Shown: positions 9,614 to 16,459 of the stretch, one piece after another
Numbering within the stretch: position 1 is the stretch's first letter
Layout of the letters: every line of letters starts with the position of its first letter
Assembly (NCBI GenBank): GCA_964506785.1
Contig: CAZDME010000010.1
Location: 1-32,443, forward strand
Length of the DNA: 32,443 bases
Source of the DNA: an uncultured bacterium
Lineage (GTDB): Bacteria; CAZDME01; JAYEMH01
Direction: 5' to 3'
Notes under the pieces: model-generated
The model's database searches: none
Told to the model about the DNA's origin: nothing
The model's input: only the letters and a program-made list of their open reading frames with translations
Position numbers and translations under genes: made by a program

Positions 9614-9892
9614 TCATTTCGAAACTTCACTTAGAGATTTTTTTAATTCTTCTGACAACGGGGCGACTCCTTCCCAGCGTCTGATAATTTGGCCGTCTTT
9701 TTCTAAAACTATGGTTGGAATTTTCCCGACATCATAAAAGGCGCCTTCGGCTAATCCTTCGGCGCTTTCAAGGTCATAGTAAGTTACCTCAATTTTATCC
9801 TGGTACTGCCAGTGGGCTAAAAAAAAGGAGACTTTTTTCTTAGCCGATTGACAGAGGCTGCAGCTTTCTTTGCCAAAAATCTTTATTTTCAT
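9614..9892 (-). CDS. Thioredoxin/glutaredoxin-like (NrdH-like) redoxin
   Basis: 92 aa, KIFGKESCSLC (CxxC) and cis-Pro motif KIPTIV; 1 nt downstream of nrdD. Confidence 0.85.
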   Translation of the reverse strand: MKIKIFGKESCSLCQSAKKKVSFFLAHWQYQDKIEVTYYDLESAEGLAEGAFYDVGKIPTIVLEKDGQIIRRWEGVAPLSEELKKSLSEVSK

Positions 9893-9893
9893 T

Positions 9894-12290
9894 TTAGGCT
9901 ACCTGATAGGTTCCTTTCTGTCTATCCTTTAATTCGCCCAGTTTTGATTTGTTCCAGTTATCCACCCGGCTGAAATAACCCACCACCCGGGTGACGCCGT
10001 AAACATTACTGCTTTGGCATGACGGGCAGACCTCTTTTATCCCCCGGCTGTTACGATGGCAATCTTCGCAGATGGTAAACTCCGGGGAAATAGTAAGCTG
10101 GGCTGCCTGGGTATTTTTAAAAGTTTTTTCCACCAGGTTCAGGATACTTTTTGCATTTGGCTTCTGCTCGCCGACAAAAGCATGAAGGATAGCTCCGGAT
10201 TCAATCATTGTATGGAATTTACTTTGCTTTTGGATTCTCTCTATCAAGCTTATCGGCGCGTCGGCGCGGAAGTGGATAGAGTTGGTGTAATAATATTCGT
10301 CTTTGTCAATATCTCCTTTAATAACCGACTGTGATTCGGGATATTCCCTCATATCCACCTTGGCCAGCCGGCGGGCGGCTGATTCAGCCGGGCTCTCTTC
10401 TAATGAAAAGCGGAGATTATATTTCTTTTCGGCCTCTTTGGCTCTCAGGTACATCATAGAGATAATCTTCAGTCCTAATTTAAATGTTTCATCGCTTTCA
10501 TGCAATTCCTTTCCGGTTATATACTGGACGCATTCATTCAGGCCGATTAAACCGATAATATAAGTTGCACTTTCCAAATCAACATAGGGACGGCCGTCTT
10601 TGGCGATTTTGCCTATCTGCCAGAGAGGCATACCCGGCTCTTTCATTAAATCGGCAATAAAGGCTTTTTTCTCTATGTGCGCCTTGATAGCCAAGCCAAT
10701 ACCCAGTTCAATTTCCTTAAACAATCCTTCTATATTTCCCCGGCCCGCTCGATAGGCGGCTTGCGGAAGATTGATAGTTACATTCTGAAAACCGCAGAAC
10801 CTCATGCTTTCCGGATGTTCTATCATGTAATTATCTTTAATTTGTGTCCTTAGCCGGCAGCAGGCGGAAAGAGTAATTTCATCCCGGTCAAAAACAAAAT
10901 AAGGACTGCCGTTTTCACTAGCCACCTGACAGGCATACTCTAATAACTCCTTTTGTTTAGGGTCTGTGAAGGATTCATCGTTAACATGGAGGTCGCATTT
11001 AGGAAAGGCAAATACGTGTCCGTATCTATCGCCCTGCCGCCAGACATCCAGCATCGCCCGGGCAAAATTTTGCGATTCCTTTTCGTATTCGCCGTAGGTT
11101 CTTCCGGTATATTCCCCTTTTGGCCCGATGGCCGGGATTTTACGAAGATATCTGGGTATGCCTAAATGGACGTTAGCATCGATAAATAAGGTTTGTCCTC
11201 CCCGGCTGAAAGCATTCTGCGAACCGCTATAAATCAGATACTGGGCTTCTTGCTGTAATTGAGAAGCGTTCATTCCGACTAAAAAGGGCGCGTATAGAAT
11301 GTTGATATAGCCTATTCCTAAAGCCCCGGCATAATAGGCCTGCATCGAAGCCAAAAATGTATTTAGATGTCCGGTAAGGGTCCGGGCGTGGGCGGCCGGA
11401 GCCGAACTGGTATAGAGGTTTTCCAGCTCCAATCCATACTTTTTGATATATTCCAGGGAATGTGATGAACAATAAACCCGGGTCGGATAGCCTAAATCAT
11501 GGAGATGAATAATCCCCCGCAGGTGGGCATCGGATATCTCCTTGCTAAAAATCCGGCTCAAGGCATATTGTTTCAGGGTATTTTCGGCAATAGATAAATT
11601 AACCGCTTCCGGGTTATTGGCGGCAATATTGCTGTTTTCGTTGCTTTTTGAGCGGACTAACTGTTCTAGATCATAAGAAGGCATGCCGACAATAACCTGC
11701 TTGGCTAATTTTGTTTTATAATCCCGTTCGAAAAGTTCGTTATCCACTAATTCCCTGATTAAGGAAGTGGAGATTTGCTTCAGGCCCGATTGAAATATTT
11801 TTTGTTCTACCGCCGCCGCAATTTCCGCTGCTATTTTGCCGGGGACACCGGCTTCTTTCATCAAAGCTTGAGCAATATAATCTTTATTCCAGGGCATAAT
11901 TTCGTCCCGGCTGGATGGAAAGACCAATAAAGATAAATCGGTAGTGCTCCCGGAGAGGCGGACTTCTTTCCTTACCTTCAAGCTTTCCCGCTGGCGGGTT
12001 CTTTCATTCCGGTAAAGAATATAAACCTTGGCGGTTTTGGCGTGTCCGGTTTCCATTAGCACCTTTTCGACGATATCCTGGATATCTTCAATATTGGGGG
12101 ATTGACCGGCGTACTTTTTCTGCAGGAAAAGGGTAACCGCTTCACTCAATTCTTCCGCCAGGAGCCGGTCCTCGCCGTTTACCGCTCGAGCCGCTTTAAA
12201 AATAGCTTCGGCAATTTTTCGTTTGTCAAAGGGGACCTGACGGCCATCCCTCTTTTGTACCGTTTCAATCGTCTCTGTTTTGGTTATCAT
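9894..12290 (-). CDS. nrdD: Anaerobic (class III) ribonucleoside-triphosphate reductase with two N-terminal ATP-cones
   Basis: VQKRDG ATP-cone plus a second cone, HLHDL, SACCRL, EESPAES, YYTNS, zinc finger CEDC...CPSC and glycyl-radical motif TRVVGYF. Confidence 0.97.
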   Translation of the reverse strand: MITKTETIETVQKRDGRQVPFDKRKIAEAIFKAARAVNGEDRLLAEELSEAVTLFLQKKYAGQSPNIEDIQDIVEKVLMETGHAKTAKVYILYRNERTRQRESLKVRKEVRLSGSTTDLSLLVFPSSRDEIMPWNKDYIAQALMKEAGVPGKIAAEIAAAVEQKIFQSGLKQISTSLIRELVDNELFERDYKTKLAKQVIVGMPSYDLEQLVRSKSNENSNIAANNPEAVNLSIAENTLKQYALSRIFSKEISDAHLRGIIHLHDLGYPTRVYCSSHSLEYIKKYGLELENLYTSSAPAAHARTLTGHLNTFLASMQAYYAGALGIGYINILYAPFLVGMNASQLQQEAQYLIYSGSQNAFSRGGQTLFIDANVHLGIPRYLRKIPAIGPKGEYTGRTYGEYEKESQNFARAMLDVWRQGDRYGHVFAFPKCDLHVNDESFTDPKQKELLEYACQVASENGSPYFVFDRDEITLSACCRLRTQIKDNYMIEHPESMRFCGFQNVTINLPQAAYRAGRGNIEGLFKEIELGIGLAIKAHIEKKAFIADLMKEPGMPLWQIGKIAKDGRPYVDLESATYIIGLIGLNECVQYITGKELHESDETFKLGLKIISMMYLRAKEAEKKYNLRFSLEESPAESAARRLAKVDMREYPESQSVIKGDIDKDEYYYTNSIHFRADAPISLIERIQKQSKFHTMIESGAILHAFVGEQKPNAKSILNLVEKTFKNTQAAQLTISPEFTICEDCHRNSRGIKEVCPSCQSSNVYGVTRVVGYFSRVDNWNKSKLGELKDRQKGTYQVA

Positions 12291-12291
12291 T

Positions 12292-12753
12292 TCATCTCTC
12301 CTTTTCTTTCTTCAGTCCTTTTACCGCCTGCATAAATTCCGTTGCATCTTTGAATTGCCGGTAAACCGAGGCAAAGCGGACATAGGCTACCTGGTCAAGT
12401 TTTTTCAGCCGGTTCATTACCTCTTCGCCGATAGCACTGCTTTTAACCTCTTTTTCCAATTTATTTTCAAAAAAAATCTCGATATCGCTGATAATCCTTT
12501 CGATTTCTTCCGTACTAATCGGCCTTTTCTCGCAGGATTTTATGAGGCCCCCTTTTATCTTTGTCCGGTCAAAGGCCTCCCGGCGGCCGTCTTTTTTTAT
12601 GACCATTAAGGGGATTTTTTCTACATATTCATAGGTGGTATAACGTTTTAAGCACTGGGAGCATTCCCGGCGGCGGCGAACGGCTCTTCCTTCTTGAGCC
12701 AGGCGGGAGTCAATTACCTTGTCATTATCTTTTCCGCAATATGGACAGAGCAT
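12292..12753 (-). CDS. nrdR: Transcriptional repressor NrdR
   Basis: CPYC...VIDSR...RRRREC..C zinc ribbon, ATP-cone, VAYVRFASVYR; start placed at MLCPYC. Confidence 0.98.
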   Translation of the reverse strand: MLCPYCGKDNDKVIDSRLAQEGRAVRRRRECSQCLKRYTTYEYVEKIPLMVIKKDGRREAFDRTKIKGGLIKSCEKRPISTEEIERIISDIEIFFENKLEKEVKSSAIGEEVMNRLKKLDQVAYVRFASVYRQFKDATEFMQAVKGLKKEKER

Positions 12754-12837
12754 CTGGGACTCCCTCATTCCCCAAAATTACTTTTTGAACCCCTATCGGT
12801 GGGTTTTCCCATTAAAAACTACCAATTCAATGAGAAA

Positions 12838-12884
12838 CTACATTATCTTGTGGGGATTGTATCGTATCACACTAGATATAGATG
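12838..12884. promoter_or_regulatory. Tandem NrdR boxes
   Basis: ctaCAttATcTTGtgg (12838-12853) and acaCTAgATaTAGatg (12869-12884) match acaCwAtATaTwGtg; their starts are 31 bp apart, the typical tandem spacing. Confidence 0.85.
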
Positions 12885-12890
12885 TGTCAA
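12861..12890 (-). promoter_or_regulatory. sigma70 promoter of nrdR-nrdD
   Basis: TTGACA (12890-12885), 18 nt, then TACGAT with an extended TG; the spacer contains an NrdR box. Confidence 0.75.
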
Positions 12891-12916
12891 GAAAAAATTT
12901 TTTATTCCCAAAAAAA

Positions 12917-15382
12917 CTATTTTCCGGAAAGCGTCCTAAGTGTGTTTTCAAAATTGGCATATTCCGCTTCGATATTACCCGTCTCTATTGGCGCGATAGC
13001 AATAAATAATTCCGGTTTTAATTTCTTAAAAGGAAGCTTTAAATTTTCGACATAACCGCTCACCTCACACCAGTCCTTTTTATTTTTAACATCCAATCCT
13101 GCTTTCTCAAAGTATTTTCCCCATTCTAAATCGAATTTTGTCTTTAGCATATGGACACGGTCAAACCAAATCTCGCTTAAATGCGCTCTCCGGAAATCGC
13201 CCCAGTTTAAGATTACCCTTTGAAACTTGGTTTTCGATAAAATAGCGTTTCTAAAGCACGACGCTTCCAAACACATATCCCAAAAACGCGCTCCAGTGAG
13301 TATTGCCCCTTTGAAATTAGACCACCCTAAATAATTATTAGTCCACCTTAGATAATTAAATGCAAAAACAGATCGAGTTAAATAAACCCTTTCAAAGTCA
13401 AATGCCATTAAATCGAACATTCCAGAAAGCAAGTTAACATTAATTAAATTTTTTCTTTCTCCTTTAATAAATTTAGCCCATTCGGCGTTCTTGTTTTTTA
13501 AATCGCTTACTCTTTTCTGTTGAAGCTGGTCCCAATCTATAAATTTTAAACCTTTTAAATTTCCCTCTGAATCTAATTTTACTAAAACATTTTCATCATG
13601 TAACTCCGCATAGAAAAAGTTTTCTTCACCTCGCCGGTAAGTTTTCTTTATTGCCCGGTTAAGATTAACCCTTACCTCATCTAAATTTTTTATTTTGTTG
13701 TTTCCTAGCGCTTCCGATAAGGTCTGGTACCCTAAAGGAATTAAATTAAGCTCATAATGATATTTTTCTTGACCATCGATAAAAAATGTTGGACAGACCC
13801 AGCGGCCCTTTCGGCTGAAGAGCTCTTTCATGGCCATAATATCCGCCGTAACTTTGATTTTTTTTACAATTTGTAAACCATTTTTGTGTTCATAGACCCT
13901 AAATTTTTCTATTTTTTCATCTTTTTTTTCGGCTTTCTTAAAATTTTCAAGCCCATTCTTTTTTAAATCCCCTGCCAATTCAATCACCCTTTTATCTTCC
14001 CAGAGGTTTATCTCTTCTATGAGCTTCGGCTCTTCTATATTAATCGGTTCTTTTTCCTTGCCGGCGATGGCTTCTTTTAAACTGACCGCCATTGAATAGA
14101 CTTCTTTCATTCCTCCCCGGCTTTCGAAGATAACTATTGATATCTTTCTTTTTTCCGAAAGCCTCTCCAGGGCTTCCCGTTCTTTTGTTTTCCCTTTGAT
14201 AACACAAAGAATATCTTCTGTGTTAACACCCTTGGTTTCGGCAAATTCAATCAGGGCATTAATCTCATCTGCTTCGCTAAGATTGGCCGGGATTTCTCCT
14301 TCTTCCGGCCGGATTATCCCATCCGGGTTGATTCCTTTGATTTCCTTTGCCAGTTTTTCGACGACATCCCCTTTTACCGAATCCCCGGCGTAGATAATGA
14401 CCTTGTCCAGGGTTTTATTTTCTGTAAGCACCCCTAAACTCTCCTTTAAATCCAATACTGCCCCGTTATCCAATAAGGCCTCGGCAAAGATAATCGGTGT
14501 TTTCCCCGCCAGCCTCTTTTCCCGACAAACCTCATCAAGCTCTTTTAAACTTTTGTTATAATCTTTTACTTTTCCTTTTACTTCCGCCATAGCCGCTTTA
14601 AAATTATCAATTTTAATCTTCGCTTTAAATTTAGGTAAAAGCTCCCTAACCGTCCTATCCACTAATTCCATATTAAAAACTTTAGTCTCATCAGAAGCAT
14701 TTTTCCAATCCCACAACTTATTCCCTAACATCTCTCCCGCAATCTGTCTTACATATTGTGACGGGACGGTATAAGAATCTTCCAAAATAAAAACGAATTT
14801 TTTGCCTTCCTGATTCTCATAAAATAAATATCCTTCGTTAACCCCGATATGTTTTGATATCTCGTTTAAAGTATTTATAGGTTTATTCCTGCAGTGGCGA
14901 TTATCATTCAAAATTTTCAAAATCTCAAATTTTTTTGGGACAGGTACCGCATGTAAATGGGCATGAACAATTGAATTTCCCCCTTGATTCTTATTTTCTT
15001 CATCTAGTATTGTCGAACCGTGTTCAAAAAACACAACATCTTGGCCGTATATATCTTTCAGTATCTGCCTAAGATAAATTTTAAGGGCTTCTAACTCTGT
15101 TAATTGCGCCTCATCAAAACTAGCCATACAAAACACATGATCTTTGGTGGTAATTAAAAGATGTCCTGGCGCTAAAGGATTATAATCCGGCAATACCTTG
15201 AAATTATCTGTTTCAAATAATATTTTCGGATCATTGCATATTCTACATGAAGCTAATGTTTCTTCCCTTTCCAATATATTTTCTATTTTTTTTGTATCGG
15301 CGAGATGTTCTTTATTTGCTGCTGGACGTAAATAGGCATCCGGCTTTGCCTCTGCCAAATCCGTAAAGGTCAGATTAGACAA
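12917..15382 (-). CDS. Multidomain protein: HIT (Cwf19/CwfJ-like) nucleotide hydrolase, unknown domain, atypical protein-kinase-like domain and pentapeptide repeats. The true N-terminus probably lies upstream across a frameshift.
   Basis: CRIC...PLAPGHLLI...FFEHG...HAHLH (14965-14951)...SQYVR...WDWK; VKK...YAELHDENVLV...FIDWD; SNFKG AILTG ARFWD MCLEA SCFRN AILSK TKFQR repeats. Confidence 0.8.
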   Translation of the reverse strand: MSNLTFTDLAEAKPDAYLRPAANKEHLADTKKIENILEREETLASCRICNDPKILFETDNFKVLPDYNPLAPGHLLITTKDHVFCMASFDEAQLTELEALKIYLRQILKDIYGQDVVFFEHGSTILDEENKNQGGNSIVHAHLHAVPVPKKFEILKILNDNRHCRNKPINTLNEISKHIGVNEGYLFYENQEGKKFVFILEDSYTVPSQYVRQIAGEMLGNKLWDWKNASDETKVFNMELVDRTVRELLPKFKAKIKIDNFKAAMAEVKGKVKDYNKSLKELDEVCREKRLAGKTPIIFAEALLDNGAVLDLKESLGVLTENKTLDKVIIYAGDSVKGDVVEKLAKEIKGINPDGIIRPEEGEIPANLSEADEINALIEFAETKGVNTEDILCVIKGKTKEREALERLSEKRKISIVIFESRGGMKEVYSMAVSLKEAIAGKEKEPINIEEPKLIEEINLWEDKRVIELAGDLKKNGLENFKKAEKKDEKIEKFRVYEHKNGLQIVKKIKVTADIMAMKELFSRKGRWVCPTFFIDGQEKYHYELNLIPLGYQTLSEALGNNKIKNLDEVRVNLNRAIKKTYRRGEENFFYAELHDENVLVKLDSEGNLKGLKFIDWDQLQQKRVSDLKNKNAEWAKFIKGERKNLINVNLLSGMFDLMAFDFERVYLTRSVFAFNYLRWTNNYLGWSNFKGAILTGARFWDMCLEASCFRNAILSKTKFQRVILNWGDFRRAHLSEIWFDRVHMLKTKFDLEWGKYFEKAGLDVKNKKDWCEVSGYVENLKLPFKKLKPELFIAIAPIETGNIEAEYANFENTLRTLSGK

Positions 15383-15510
15383 AAAACCCCTATAACAACT
15401 GCCGAAGTTGCCTTTAGGAGCTTCTGTCTTAGTTTACGGTTCACCGTGTACAGTTTACAGTTATTCATCGAAATTAATATCCGCCCTGGATTAGGTCTCG
15501 CCTCACTCAT
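15370..15510 (-). CDS. Short ORF encoding the signal-peptide n/h region of the downstream multidomain gene (frameshifted 5' part)
   Basis: MSEARPNPGRILISMNNCKLYTVNRKLRQKLLKATSAVVIGVFCLI* (alternative ATG at 15468). One extra T in the T6 run at 15381-15386 fuses it in frame to ...IGVFLSNLTFTDLAEA-KPDAYLRP. Confidence 0.65.
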   Translation of the reverse strand: MSEARPNPGRILISMNNCKLYTVNRKLRQKLLKATSAVVIGVFCLI

Positions 15511-15566
15511 TTATTGCGCCTTTAGTCACGTCTATTTCAATGCGGGTTTGTAATTATAGAAATCCA

Positions 15567-15593
15567 ATTATAGGATATCCGATATCCTATAAT
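15567..15593. repeat. Palindrome with 13-bp arms and a 1-nt centre
   Basis: attataggatatc-c-gatatcctataat. Confidence 0.9.
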
Positions 15594-15689
15594 ATTTATC
15601 CCCTCTAGATTGTTTCTAAATCTAAGAGCTGGGGATTAATTCGCCCAGTGACTTATGTTTGCTGACGCTCCATAAGTTACGGGCTCATT

Positions 15690-15726
15690 AAAAAAAGCTG
15701 AATCACCTATTTCTAGGCAACTCAGC
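15690..15726 (-). terminator. Intrinsic terminator, expression platform of the riboswitch
   Basis: GCUGAGUUGCCUA-GAAA-UAGGUGAUUCAGC followed by U7; 13-bp stem with G-U pairs. Confidence 0.9.
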
Positions 15727-15795
15727 CATTCTTGCTTTCGGCAAGACCTGTAGTTTTGCGTCTCCGCCTTACGGCGGATTTGCCTTTATCTAGTA
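15712..15795 (-). ncRNA. Cyclic di-GMP-I (GEMM-I) riboswitch aptamer
   Basis: Minus strand CUAGAUAAA-GGCAAA-UCCGCC-GUAA-GGCGGA-GACGCAAA-ACUACAGGUCUUGC-CGAAA-GCAAGAAUGGCUGAG-UUGCC-UAG shows the GGCAAA, GNRA loop, GACGCAAA, GGUCU and UUGCC hallmarks. Confidence 0.92.
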
Positions 15796-15811
15796 AGTTA
15801 GCCTTTAAGAG

Positions 15812-15840
15812 AGTATAGCATATAAAGAAGGAAAAGTCAA
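15812..15840 (-). promoter_or_regulatory. sigma70 promoter driving the riboswitch leader
   Basis: TTGACT-17 nt-TATACT with an extended TG, just upstream of the aptamer. Confidence 0.8.
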
Positions 15841-15853
15841 AAAAGCACAAAAA

Positions 15854-16351
15854 TTAGCGTTTTTTTGATTTAGCTTTGGAAGGAAAATTCACCAATTTTA
15901 CCTCAACCTTGGCTTTCTTAAGGAAGGAAATTCCGTTCATCGGACGGTTTTCTTTAAGGCAGACCACCCGGCTTATACCGGCAGAAACCGCCATTTTGGC
16001 GCACAGGATACAGATTAAACCGTCAACATAAAGGGTTGCTCCTGCGGAGGAAATGCCAAACTTGGCACATTGAAAAAGCGCCGAGGCTTCCGCATGGGTG
16101 CAATTGCCTACTTCATATCGGGTGCCGCTTTCAACCCCTTGTGCCTCCCGCTCGCAATAGTTTAAATCGATGCAGTGCGCCCCGCCGGGGATACAGGTAC
16201 CGTTATAACCGGTAGCAATCACCCTTTTCCCCCGGACAACTACTGCCCCGACTTGTTTTCTCAGACAGGTGCTGCGCTTGGATACAAAACGGGCCATATC
16301 CAGGAAATATTCATCCCATGACGGCCTCTTTGAACTTTTCTTTTTCAGCAT
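15854..16351 (-). CDS. dCMP deaminase (ComEB/DCTD family)
   Basis: RPSWDEYF, RSTCLR.QVGAV, TGYNG, HAE and CILC zinc ligands. Confidence 0.93.
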   Translation of the reverse strand: MLKKKSSKRPSWDEYFLDMARFVSKRSTCLRKQVGAVVVRGKRVIATGYNGTCIPGGAHCIDLNYCEREAQGVESGTRYEVGNCTHAEASALFQCAKFGISSAGATLYVDGLICILCAKMAVSAGISRVVCLKENRPMNGISFLKKAKVEVKLVNFPSKAKSKKR

Positions 16352-16459
16352 TGTTTAACTAAAATTATAAGCGGGTAGGAAGGTTTTGGTTTTAAATAGA
16401 TCCCTTTTCACCTAAACGCTATACGCTGTCTTCTACACGCTAAGAAACGTCACTTAAAA

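Noticed and set aside
15712-15795. c-AMP-GMP (GEMM-Ib) specificity
   Set aside because: The discriminating position is G rather than A, though only a binding assay is decisive.
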